A stretch of 64,000 nucleotides of DNA from IMG/VR virus record IMGVR_UViG_3300010429_001259. The stretch is one strand, 5' to 3'. This document shows, in pieces, positions 37,987-49,200 of the stretch. Under the pieces are notes generated by a model. The model had not been told where the DNA came from and did no database searches. It saw only the letters and a program-made list of their open reading frames with translations. Numbering within the stretch: the first letter of the stretch is position 1; each line of letters opens with the position of its first letter. This DNA is from an uncultured virus (IMG/VR IMGVR_UViG_3300010429_001259) (taxonomy: Duplodnaviria; Heunggongvirae; Uroviricota; Caudoviricetes). A program made the position numbers and the translations under genes.

Positions 37987-38427
37987 ATGACCAATGCCAT
38001 TGCGATGAATACGCTGACCGGCGCCGTGACCGAGTACGACAACTTCGAGTTCCAGTCCGTCACGCCGACACACGCGGGGGCCGCAACCGGGCTTTTCCTG
38101 CTGGGCGGCGACCTGGACATCGATCAACCCATCATCGGGTCGATCCAGACCGGCAAGACCCTGATCGATGAGACGCGGAAGAAGTACGTCGACTTGGTCC
38201 ACTTTGCCATGACCGGCGACGGCACAGCGGCCTGCGCTGTGGTAGGAGCGAACGCCTCGTACTCCTACGACTTCCCCGTACGTGACACCGGAGTCTCGCG
38301 CTCTCAGCCGGGGCGCGGCATCCGGGAGAACTACCTGGCCTTCGGCATGACAAAAACTGACGGTGGGGACTTTCAACTCGATAAAATCGATGTGTCGGTC
38401 GTCGCCTCCACGACCAGAAAGGTGTAA
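37987..38427 (+). CDS. hypothetical virion protein
   Basis: AMNTLTGAVTEY.NF.F.S; in operon. Confidence 0.7.
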   Translation: MTNAIAMNTLTGAVTEYDNFEFQSVTPTHAGAATGLFLLGGDLDIDQPIIGSIQTGKTLIDETRKKYVDLVHFAMTGDGTAACAVVGANASYSYDFPVRDTGVSRSQPGRGIRENYLAFGMTKTDGGDFQLDKIDVSVVASTTRKV

Positions 38428-38430
38428 GCC

Positions 38431-40929
38431 ATGACCACCCCAGCAGAATTTGTCTCACAACAGTTCTCAGCGGCGCAAACATATGCGGACACCGCCACGA
38501 GACAGCTGACGAGTTTCCTGAACGTCCTGAACTCCGCGGCGAGTTACACAGTCCCGACGATCGACCTGACCTGGGAAACGGTCGGCGCGCCGGCGGTTGT
38601 TGCGCCGCCAGAACCGCCGACTCTGGACGACGTCACATTTGAGACGCCAGAGGAGCCGACGGCACCGACCTTGACGGTGCCGGACATCAATGCGCCGACC
38701 TTCAGTGATGTTGCGCCGACCCTGAGCTTTGGCTCCGCGCCAGTCATGGCGAACACCGAGGCTCCGGTACTGGACTTCGGAACGAAGCCGACCCTGAGCG
38801 CCGGCGACGCGCCTGCGCTTGACTTCGGAACCGCCCCAACCATCGACGCCGGCACTGCACCGACGCCAGCTTATGGCGCCGCCCCCGCGGTGAGCATCCC
38901 GGCAGCGCCGACTCTCGACTTTGGTGTGGCGCCGACAATCAGCCTGCCTGCCGCACCCGATCTGTCGATCGGCGCGGCCCCGACGCTGGATTTCGGCGTG
39001 CGGCCGACCGTTGGCGCCGTCGCTGACATCACGTTCCCGGACGAGATTTCGTTCTCCATGCCGTCTGCGCCATCGCTCATGTCGCTTTCCACGCCGACGT
39101 TCGCGGGCGTGAACATCCACGAAGATTGGATGACCAAGTTCGACAACATCCCGACACTCGATCTGGTTTCCCCAACTCCCTACAGCTACGCGCATGGGCC
39201 TGAGTACGCCTCCACCCTGCTGAGCAACCTGAGCACAACCCTGAACGCGCGCCTTTCGGGCGGCACCGGTCTGCCCGAGGATGTCGAGCAGGCCATCTGG
39301 GACCGCGCGCGCAGCCGTGAGACCCAGACTGCCTTGGCCAACGAGGCAGACGTCCTGCGCACCTCAGACGCGCTGGGCTTCCCGATGCCGCCCGGCGTCG
39401 TGGCAGCGCAACTGCGAATGGCGCAGCAGGACTACTATGACAAGCTCTCTACCCTGAGCCGCGATGTGGCGATCAAGCAGGCCGAGCTTGAGCAGGAGAA
39501 CATGAAGCAGACGATCCTGGCTGGCATCCAGCTGGAGAGCAAGCTGATCGACTACAGCTACCAACTTGAACGACTGACCTTCGAGGCCGCCAAGGAGCAG
39601 GCCGACAACGCCATTCAGGCCTACAACGCCCAGGTCGAAAAATACAAGGCGCTGCTGAGCGTGTACAGCATTTACTCGGATGCCTACAAGACCATCATCA
39701 GCGCCGAACTGGCCAAGGTCGAGGTCTACAAGGCCCAGCTGCAGGCCGAAGAGACGAAGGCCCAGGTGAACATGACGCTGGTGGGCCAGTACAAGGCCGA
39801 GATCGACGCCCGCATGGCCTTCGTGGAAATCTACAAGGCCCAGATCGGCGCGGCAAACGCGCGCATCGGTCTGGAGCAGGCCAAGCTGAGCATGGTCGGC
39901 GAAGAGATCCGCGCCTATGTGGCGGGAATCAACGGAGAGACAGCCAAGCTGGAAGCGTACAAGGTCGGCGTTCAGGCCAAGACCGTTGTGGCCGATCTCT
40001 ACAAGAGCGGGGTTCAGGCCGAGATGGCGAAGGTCGAACTCTACAAGGCTGGCATCGAGGCGCAATCCGCGACCATTGCAGCGTACCGCGCCGGCATCGA
40101 GGCTCAAATGGCCGGCATCGAGGTCTACAAGACTGCGCTCCAGACCGACCAGATCAAGGCTGAACTCTACAAGCTCGGTATTGAAGCCCAGATGACCACG
40201 GTTCAGGCGTACAAGGCTGGGGTCGAGGCGAAGGCCGCAGTCGTCGAGGCATACCGCGCCGCGATCCAGGCCGATGCAGCCAAGGTCGAGCTCTACAAGG
40301 CCGGCGTAGACGCGGAGACGACCAAGATCGAAGCCTTCAAGGCTGGCGTGCAGGCTGACGCCACCGCGGCCGAGGTCTACAAGATCGGCGTGGACGCTCA
40401 AGTCTCCCAGGTCGGCGCGTTCAAGGCGAAGGTGGATGCCTTCGCGGTTCAGTCCGGCATAGCCGTGGAGACCGCCAAGGCGAACATCGCCAGGATGGAC
40501 GCCATGGTGCGCGCCAAGGCCCTTGAGTGGGACGGCTACAAGGCCAGGCTGTCGGCCGGCGAGGTCGCCATGCGCGGCCTGATACAAAGCAACGAACTGA
40601 TGATCCAGAAGTACCGCACCGAGGGCGACCTCGGCGTCGCCCGGTACGGCTCGGCCATCAAGCGCTGGGAAGCCCAGCTCAAGGACTATGAAGCCGGCAA
40701 GCAGGCTATGATTCAGGTGGCGAAGATCAACGGCGACCTGGCCATGCACGCTGCTTCTGTCCGGGCCGATGCCGCCAAGGCTGGTGCTCAGGTCCACGCC
40801 CAGCTGGTCGGGTCTGCGTACTCAATCATGAAGGTCCAGGCCAGTGTGGCAGGGCAGGGCTCGACGAGCGTGCAGTACCAATACCAGAACAGCACCCAGA
40901 CTGCGCCGCCGTCGATCACGACGGCATGA
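38431..40929 (+). CDS. repeat-containing coiled-coil virion protein
   Basis: 832 aa; Pro-rich APxLDFG repeats followed by 14-aa YKAG repeats. Confidence 0.8.
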   Translation: MTTPAEFVSQQFSAAQTYADTATRQLTSFLNVLNSAASYTVPTIDLTWETVGAPAVVAPPEPPTLDDVTFETPEEPTAPTLTVPDINAPTFSDVAPTLSFGSAPVMANTEAPVLDFGTKPTLSAGDAPALDFGTAPTIDAGTAPTPAYGAAPAVSIPAAPTLDFGVAPTISLPAAPDLSIGAAPTLDFGVRPTVGAVADITFPDEISFSMPSAPSLMSLSTPTFAGVNIHEDWMTKFDNIPTLDLVSPTPYSYAHGPEYASTLLSNLSTTLNARLSGGTGLPEDVEQAIWDRARSRETQTALANEADVLRTSDALGFPMPPGVVAAQLRMAQQDYYDKLSTLSRDVAIKQAELEQENMKQTILAGIQLESKLIDYSYQLERLTFEAAKEQADNAIQAYNAQVEKYKALLSVYSIYSDAYKTIISAELAKVEVYKAQLQAEETKAQVNMTLVGQYKAEIDARMAFVEIYKAQIGAANARIGLEQAKLSMVGEEIRAYVAGINGETAKLEAYKVGVQAKTVVADLYKSGVQAEMAKVELYKAGIEAQSATIAAYRAGIEAQMAGIEVYKTALQTDQIKAELYKLGIEAQMTTVQAYKAGVEAKAAVVEAYRAAIQADAAKVELYKAGVDAETTKIEAFKAGVQADATAAEVYKIGVDAQVSQVGAFKAKVDAFAVQSGIAVETAKANIARMDAMVRAKALEWDGYKARLSAGEVAMRGLIQSNELMIQKYRTEGDLGVARYGSAIKRWEAQLKDYEAGKQAMIQVAKINGDLAMHAASVRADAAKAGAQVHAQLVGSAYSIMKVQASVAGQGSTSVQYQYQNSTQTAPPSITTA

Positions 40930-40951
40930 TAGGCAGGAGGGCAGCAGGCGG

Positions 40952-41013
40952 GTAAAATGCCGAAACTCACCTGAGCCGCGGGCTATGACGGTGCTCGAAC
41001 CTGGAGCACACTC
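40952..41013 (+). promoter_or_regulatory. conserved leader copy 2 (TAAAAT box, kink-turn hairpin, RBS-sequestering hairpin)
   Basis: GTAAAAT..AAACTCACCTGAGCC-GCG-GGCTATGACGGT-GCTC-GAACCTG-GAGCAC. Confidence 0.75.
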
Positions 41014-43263
41014 ATGGCCTCTCCACGCCTTCGCCTCGAACCGCTCGAGGCAGACATTCCGGCCCCGAACACGGCGATGTCGGTCGCTATGGATGCGGCC
41101 AAGAATAACTCGCCGCGTCTCTGGGCGCCGCAACCTGGCTTGCCTCCGGGCGTGGCGCAGGCAGGGGATCTGGCCTTCGACAACGGCCGTCCGCGCCTCT
41201 CCCCGCTCAAATTCGACCCGACCCCCATCCCGGAGGCTCCGAGACTGACGACGTCGCCTGGCGCCGCTCCCGGGCGAGCCTTGGTGCCTGTGTACGGGGC
41301 CGGTGAAACGACCCGAGTCGGTCCACTACCGTCCGCCCCGCCGAGCCCGGCGTTCTATCCTCCGACCGTTACGGACGGGCAGCTGCGCGGTGGGTACACC
41401 GGTCCGACTGGCGCACGCCCGAATTTCACAGCAGGCAGTGATGGGGCTTTCTCGCCATGGAGTCAGTTTGAGTCTGAGGTCCGCGCACGAGGAAACCCCT
41501 GGGCGGGCAAGTCTGAGTTCGCAGGGCCGGAACCCATGCGCGGCGGCGTACCGACTGCGCCGACTGCGCCGTCTGTCGCCCCTCCTACTCTCCGTGAGCG
41601 AGCAGCGGGCGCCGCGCGCACAGCTGGCGGGCTCGCCGTAGGCGTCGCAGCGGCTTACGGCGGCAACAAGCTGGCCGAGGCGATGAGCAATGCCGGAAAT
41701 CCAGGCAGTGCCGCGCCGGGCGCGCCCACCATCATGGGCTCTCAGGCAGCGAGTCAGATCCCTGCTGACGGGTATCCAAAGGCGCCGCCTGCCCAACCCT
41801 ACAACTTCTGGACGGACAGCGAAGCCGGGCGCAACCTCGGCAACGCAGCGCAGGCCGTCGCGCCGCTCGGCGGTCTCGCCGCCGCCACGAAAGTGCCGGG
41901 TACGGCCACCCGTGCGGCAGGGCTCGCTGACGCGGCGCTCGTCGGGCTGGCGACCGGGGTCAATGAGCAGCGCCAGCAAGCTGTGCCGCCTGCTCGCGGC
42001 ACTATGCCAGCCTCCGCCCCTACCCCCGTCACCGCCGCCTCCACCCAGCCAATCACCTTCGCGCCCACGGACGGTCCGGAGCAGCCCTCGGGAGCGCGCA
42101 CCAACGTCCTGCGCGTCGGCAACAGCTACAGTGGTCCGGAGGGCGTTGGCGGCAACATCTCCATCAACAACGCTGGACCCCGTGGCACCGTCAACATGAT
42201 GGGCGGTCAACCCGGTGACGCCACCCCGGCGGAACGCCTGGCCCAGATCGAACGCGACACTCTTCATGCCCGGGAGATGAACGGCCTGCGCGCCCAGCTC
42301 ATGGACCGTGGTGCCCCGCCCCCGGGCGTGACGATGTTCAGCGGCGAAACTCTCGGCAGTGCCCTGCGCAAGCAGTCCGACGCCCAGGGCTCGCTCAGCA
42401 CGATCAACAACAGCGACATCGGTGCGAAAGACCGTGCCCTGCTGGCGCAGAACGAGCGCAACCAGAGCCTCCAGGCTGCGACGACGCGGCGCAGCCAGGA
42501 CATTCAAGCCGAAACCCTGCGCCGCGATCAGGATTTCTCCCATGCCGACCGAGTGCTGAACGTGCAGACACAAGCCGCCACGAACCGCCGAGACCAAGAC
42601 ATGCGGCTTCAAGGACAGCTTTTGCCGAAGCAGATGGAGATCCAGATGGCGCAGCAGATGCGCCGTATCCACGGCGATCTGATGAAGGCCTCCGGCGGCG
42701 ACTACGGCAAGGCTGCGCAACTGGCCAGCGCGTACGGGCTGGGCGACCACGCGAAGAACTTCATGGAGCTCGGTCAGGCCGAGCAGAAGTTCGGGTCGGA
42801 AAAACTCAATGCTGTGCGCGACATGTTCAAGGGCCAGTTTGCGAGCCCTGACAAGGACGGCAAGCTCGTACGCGACGAGTTGCTTGAGTCCCAGGCAGCG
42901 GCGATGGCCCTCGCGGCGAATCCCAGCTTCGCCAGCATGCCGCAGGATCAGCGCAACGAACTCGTCGGCAACATCGGTCGTCAGGTCAAGCAGCTGCAGA
43001 GCGCGAACATGAAGAACGGCGACATCTGGTCGTGGATGAAGCTCAAGAACGCGCCGTCGGCATACACGAGCATGCCGAGCCCGGAGGAACTGCGCGGTGC
43101 GACCTACGGCGACGCGGGATGGGGTGCGATCCTGCCCGGCGGAGCGAACCGCCTCGACCGCCAACTGCGCCTGAAGGATGGGCGAGAGTTCAACATCGAT
43201 CCGAGCCTTGTCACCCAAGGCGACATTGCTCTCTGGGAAAAGTACGGCGCCAAGCCGCGATAA
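41014..43263 (+). CDS. putative internal virion/ejection protein
   Basis: 749 aa, Pro/Ala/Gly/Gln-rich low complexity, RR.QD repeats; upstream of the giant protein. Confidence 0.65.
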   Translation: MASPRLRLEPLEADIPAPNTAMSVAMDAAKNNSPRLWAPQPGLPPGVAQAGDLAFDNGRPRLSPLKFDPTPIPEAPRLTTSPGAAPGRALVPVYGAGETTRVGPLPSAPPSPAFYPPTVTDGQLRGGYTGPTGARPNFTAGSDGAFSPWSQFESEVRARGNPWAGKSEFAGPEPMRGGVPTAPTAPSVAPPTLRERAAGAARTAGGLAVGVAAAYGGNKLAEAMSNAGNPGSAAPGAPTIMGSQAASQIPADGYPKAPPAQPYNFWTDSEAGRNLGNAAQAVAPLGGLAAATKVPGTATRAAGLADAALVGLATGVNEQRQQAVPPARGTMPASAPTPVTAASTQPITFAPTDGPEQPSGARTNVLRVGNSYSGPEGVGGNISINNAGPRGTVNMMGGQPGDATPAERLAQIERDTLHAREMNGLRAQLMDRGAPPPGVTMFSGETLGSALRKQSDAQGSLSTINNSDIGAKDRALLAQNERNQSLQAATTRRSQDIQAETLRRDQDFSHADRVLNVQTQAATNRRDQDMRLQGQLLPKQMEIQMAQQMRRIHGDLMKASGGDYGKAAQLASAYGLGDHAKNFMELGQAEQKFGSEKLNAVRDMFKGQFASPDKDGKLVRDELLESQAAAMALAANPSFASMPQDQRNELVGNIGRQVKQLQSANMKNGDIWSWMKLKNAPSAYTSMPSPEELRGATYGDAGWGAILPGGANRLDRQLRLKDGREFNIDPSLVTQGDIALWEKYGAKPR

Positions 43264-43272
43264 GGACTGACC

Positions 43273-46200
43273 ATGGCCGATCTCCGCACCGCGCTCTACA
43301 CCGGCAACGGCAACCTGTCTGCAGACCAGTTGGCGCGCATTGACGCCGCCGACATGGGCACCCTGCGCCGCTCCTACACCGGCGGCAGGATCACGAACGA
43401 CATCAACCCGATGCTGGCCGACATCGCCTCCCTGGAGGCGGACGGCACGCCGGAGGCGCGGACCAAGGCCGCTGGACTACGCGATCAGGTCAGCGCGCTG
43501 GAGCAGCGCCGAGCGGCGTACGCTCCGGAGGTCGGGAAAGTCGAGAACATCAACGGCATCGGGTCCGGCCTGACCTGGGCCGGCGAACAAGTGGGGCAGG
43601 GCGTCGCGTCCATGCAGGACATGATGCTCACGGGCGCTGGCCTGACCGCCGCCGGAAGGGCTGTCGGTGCGATTCCGCATCCGATCGCGAGGGCCGCAGG
43701 GATGGCGCTGCAGGGCGGTGGCGTCCTGGCCCCGTACCTCATGAACCAGCGCCAGCTGGCTGGCGAGGCGTACGGGGACATGACGGAAGACTCGGCGCTC
43801 ATGGCCCGGACCACGCCGCAACAGCGCTACGAGATGGCGCGGAACTACGGTGCCCTGGCAGCGATCCCGGACACGGCGCTCCCGGCGCTGGTCGGGCGGC
43901 AGCTGGCTGGCGCGGGGCTGCGCAAGGGCTTGTCGAAGATCGGCCCTGCCGCCATGACCGGGCTCGAGTTGCTGGGCGAGGGCACGACGGAACTCGGCCA
44001 GGAAGTGGGCAAGCAGTACGCCCTGGGCCAGTTGAACCCTGAGCGCGACACGAGCCAGGATGCCTCGGCGAATCTGAACTCTTTCCTCGGTGGCGCAGTG
44101 GGTGCAGGCCCATTCGCTGCGGCTGGTGCCTACGCCGATGCCGGCTACCGGCGCGTCGGCGACACAGCCGAGAAGATCGGCACGAAGGCTGGTCAGGTCG
44201 TTGATCTGGCGGGTCAGAAACTCGGCCCGATGGCCGAAGAAGTGGCGAAGAAAGGCCGCGGCTGGATCGGAACGGGCAAGGAAAAAGTCGACGCCGCCCT
44301 CGACTCGTTCAAAGGCGAAGACGGGCGGGTCGATCTGAGCAAGGTCGTGGCCGCAGGCAAAGAAACTGCCGGTGAAGTCCGCGACAGCGCCGCGCGCGCG
44401 GTGTTCGGGATCACGCCGCAGGAGCGGGATGTTCTCGAGCAGAACGTTCCGGAGGACATCCTCAACGACCAGGACCCCGCGAAGATGTCTGCGTGGCTTA
44501 CGCAGAACGATCAGGCCCGCGCCGGCATGGTCACGGATCGTCTATCTTCCATCGACGATCCGCAGGCCGCGGACATTGTCAGCCGAATCGCCGCTGCGAC
44601 GCAGGCACAGGACACCGGCGCGCAGCAGCTGGCCACCGACGAAGGGGCCAAGTACCTGCTCGATCGGGCCGAGGAAACCAAACTCGCCGGTCGTGCTGAA
44701 CGCTTTGCCCAGACCGCCGGCTCCGTTGCGGCGACCGCTGGGAAAGGAGTCCTTGAGTTCGGCAAGGCCGTCGTGCGCGGCGCGAAGGAGGGTCTGTCGA
44801 AGAAAAACGCACAGGTCGAACCCTACGACGCGTGGCGCGCGCGGCGCGTCGCCGGCGAGTCGTCTGCGGAGCGCATCCAGCGCGAGGACTCTGCAGCCCA
44901 GGCCGGGAAGACGAAGCCTGCCCCGGTCGACGCGGCAGGGGCTGAGCGCAGCCGGCGCAGGGCTGAACTGTTCGGCGAAATCCTCGCCGCCCAGGCCAAG
45001 GACAAGGGCGTGCTGAGGGCGCACGGCACGCGGGCTCAGGAAGCCGCGCCGATGCTGATGCGGGAGATGGGCTACCAGCTGGCGGACCTCGCCGAGAGCT
45101 GGGGCCTGAACGAGGGCGGCACGAAGCCCTCCCGGGCGGCAGCGGGACGTCAGGCGTCGGGGCTCACGTATGCCCTCGACCGGGTCGCGAACAGCCTGCG
45201 GGTGGCGTTCGGGAAGGACGCTGAAGCGACGGTGAACGACCTCGAGTCTCTGATGCAGGAGCCGGGGGCGAAGCCGTTCTTCGACCACATGCGCGAGTCG
45301 ATCGCTGCCGGCCGCACGCCAGCTGGCCGGGTGAAACTGGAGCAGGCCCGCAAGGACGTGGCGAACCAGATGATGAGTCTCCTGCCCGTCGAACAGGCGA
45401 AGGCGATCATCGCCAACGGCCAGCAGATGGATCTTCTGGAGCACATCGAGGACTTCGCGGACGGTCATGCCGCGCCGGCGCTGCGCCCTGCGCTCGAAGC
45501 CGCCGTCGGCAAGGAGAACCTCACCAAGATGGTCGACCTCGTGAATGGGGTGACCACGAGCAAGGACCGCGGCAACGAGGCGCTCCTGGAGGCGCGGGAC
45601 GATGACACCACCGACTACGAGCTTCGGCAGGCCGAGAAGAAATCCGTCAAGGGCTCAGGACCGAAGATCTACGGCGTGTCGAAGTCTCCAGTGCTGCGCG
45701 ACAACCCGTTCGCCCCGAACGAGCGCATGTCGAAGGAAGAGTTCCAGCGGTGGGCGAACGAAGAAGCCCAGCGCAAGAGCGAAGGCCTGCCGCCGCAGAT
45801 CGAGCCTGAATTCAAGCGCCCGATGCTGTTCAAGACCGGCGACCCCCAACTCGACGCGCGCATCGCGCACATGGGCGAGAAGCTCGACTCGACCTACCAC
45901 ATCGCCCCGCGCTCGGCCTGGGAGGTGATGGACGACACGGACATGCCGCTGGCCCGCCGGCTGGCGACGTACCGCGACTACATGCGCGAGGATGGTCAGA
46001 ACACCGGCATGATCCAGAAGGCGTTGATGGATGCGATGGATGGGCACGACTTCGGTGAGTGGGCGAACCCCGCCGGCGGAACGTCCGCCGAGCAGCAGCG
46101 GGGGAGCGGGATCAAGACGACGACCCCCGCCGCCCAGACAAAGTCCAAAGCCCGTCTCAGCGCCGGCCAGCGCAACGTCCTGTTCAATGAGATGCAGGCG

Positions 46201-49200
46201 TACTTCAGCGAACGCCACCTCGCCGTGGCTGAACAGATCGCCGACCGTGAACCGAGCCAGATCGGGCGCACTGAACTCCTGAGCATGGTGCGCGCGGGCA
46301 AGCGCGCGTTTGACCTTCACCGGATGAAGGACAACCCGGACGAGCATCTCGACCAGAGCAACCTGCTCATGTTCAAGTCGGAGATGGCCAACCAGAAGAC
46401 CGGCGCTCCGGGCGTGATCTACATCCCGGTTCACCAGCTTGTGAAGTGGGTACAGGCCCAGCGCGAGCGCAGTGAGACGGTCGAAGTCAAGAAGGACGAC
46501 GAGAAGGACAAGACCTACTCGAACCGGAACAAGAACGAGGCCTATCTGGCCGACGTCATGGAGGGCATCTCGATCATCCTGAACAGCGGGATGGTCGAGG
46601 ATCAGCTGCCGGCCCGGGTGGAAGGTCTGCGCGAGGACGGCACGGCGAAGTACACGCGGTTCGCCGGGCAGAACATCCCGAAGAACCTGCGGCTGGCGAC
46701 GATGACGTACGGCCAGATGATGTTCGGGCGGGAAAAGGCCGCGGCGAGACGCGCCGAGGAGGGCAAGACTGAGCTCAGCCCGCACCACAACGAGTACGGC
46801 AGCGCAAAGAACGAGGCCGACGATCTTCGCGACCCGAACAGCGCGTTCGTTGCGGAGCAGTCACCCGACAACGAAGGCGTCGATCCGTACGAGCTGTGGG
46901 GCGATCTGAAGCAGGTGAAGCGAGTCGCCGAGAGGACTGTGGACACTGGCATCGACCGCGGGCGCAGGCTCCGCATCGCCGTGGCTGAGTCCAGCAACAA
47001 AAAAGCGAAACAGTACGTCACCACCGACCCAGACGCGACCCCTCTCGACTTCTTCAGCGACACCGAGAAGCCCGCAGTTCCCGACGAGTTCGACGACCAG
47101 CAGTTCCGCACGAAGAATGGCGGTGAGTCCGCCTACTCGCCGCTGCCGGCCGAGAGCAAGATGAACGCCTGGAAGGACGCCGACAAGAATGCTGCTGCCC
47201 TGCTGAATAAGTTCCGCAAGTATGTGGAAACCAACGTCGGCGGCAAGATCGTCCGCACGCCGATCGAGAGCGACGTAGCCGGCGGGCTGACCGAGATCGA
47301 GCAGCGCCTGCGGGCAGCGAAGACGCCGTCGTACAGCCCGGACAAGTACGCCGCCGTCGGCGGTCTTCACTACGCCATCCCCCTGGCCCAGGTCCTGAAT
47401 CCCGACGTGATCAGCACGATGGATATCGTCGATGCAGACGCTCAGCGCATCGTCGCCGCGCGCGCCGAGCTGGCCGGGCTGGTGCGGGATGCGAAGGGCT
47501 TCAGCGACGCACAGCGCGTGCGGCTGACCCGGGCGATGGCGCCGGCTGAGAGCGCCGCGCGGATCAATCTCGGGAACTACCGGAAGGCCCTCGAGAAGGC
47601 GATCAATGCCGCCCCGACCGAAGAGCAGATGACCGAAGTCCCGAAGGCTGCAGCCTCGAAGACCGAAGCCCCGAAGGCTGCAGCCTCGAAGGATGCCCTC
47701 GCCACCGCGATCACTCTCCGGCAGAACTACCTCGACAACCCGCCTGCGGACTACAGCGCCGACACTGTGCGCGGAATCATCAAGTGGGCCGAGCGCCAGG
47801 CTGAGCGCGTCGCGGCGGCTGCGAAGGAGCTCGACGGCAGCGAGGACTTCAAGCGCGTCGACGAAGTGAACGACCGGGCAATCGATCTGCGGGTCCTGAT
47901 CAAGAGCGCGAAGGAGTCCCTGGCCCGGGATGAAGCCGCGCGCGCGGCAGACCCGACGCTGTTTGGCACTGACGCCGCCCCGGAGGTGGCGGCTCAACCC
48001 CCAAAGTCGAGCTCCGCGCCCGATGGGGCGGCTGACTGGAGCGGCAGAGGGCGCAAGCTCAACGCAATGGCCGCGGACATCCACCGCGATCTCGGTCGCG
48101 AAGGGTTCCCTGCCACGCACGACTCGCCCATCAAGCACGAGGGCAAGTTCGATTGGCGCGCGCATCAGGGCAAGGGCGAGGGGAACGCGGCGTTCGGCGC
48201 GGGGACGTACCTGTCGACGGCGGATGGGGTTCACCGGAGCTACAAGGAGCAGTTCACGGCGGCGGTTAGTGGGCGGTCCGGGGGGCTCGATGCTGCATAT
48301 CGCATCACGTCTGGTTATGATGGGGAGCCCGAGATTATCGCCGCCGTTCAGGATTTGGGGAGGAAGGCACCTATCCAAAGCATGAGGGATGCAGCTGCAG
48401 AGGCCGTGCGTGAAAGCGTCGTAGACGACGAAGACGGCATTCGCTACTCGATCATCCAGCGCATTTTGTCAGGGAAAGTCGATAGCGAACTCCGCGCGAT
48501 CGCCGATGCGGCTACGAACGAAAAGTCCCCCACCTACGAAGTCTCCGTGAACATCAAGCCCGAGCAGCTGCTGGATTGGGACGCGCCGCTGAGCGAGCAG
48601 AGTAAGCTCGTGAAGAAGGCCAAAGGAGACATTCTGAGCAAACTCTGGCGAGGGATGGGTGCGTTCGACGCTTCCTACGACCGCTATGTGGAGCAGATTG
48701 AAGACGGCGTCGCCCACGGCGCCACGGTGTACAACGCCCTGGCTGAGATGCTCGGCTCCCAGGCCAAGGCCTCTGACTACCTTCAGTCCCTCGGCATCCT
48801 GGGCCACAAGTACGCCGCCGCCGGCGGGAAGAACAACACCCACCCGAACTATGTGATCTACGACGACAGCAAGATCACTACGAACTACGTCCACTTCAAC
48901 GCCCAAGACCGCTCCGGCAGCACCCGAGTCGCCTCTGACGCCGACATCGCCGAAGCCAAGGCCTACTTCCGCAAAGTCCTCGGCCCGCAGGTCAAGGTCC
49001 TGTTCAAGGAGATCACCGGGTGCTCCGGCGAATGGCTGGACGCCGAGAACACCGCCGTCATCAGCACCATGGCTGCCGCCGGTACGATGCAGACCGCCTA
49101 CCACGAGGCCCTGCACGCGTTCTTCTCCAAGTATGTGAAGGGTGACCCCAAGGTCCTGCCCATCATGAAGGCCCTGGCCGAGAACGAGCGGATCCTTGAG

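Noticed and set aside
46660..46720. KNLRLATMTYG in the giant protein as motif B of an N4-like virion RNA polymerase
   Set aside because: Spacing is K-x8-YG rather than R-x3-K-x7-YG, and no convincing motifs A or C were found; a structure search would be needed
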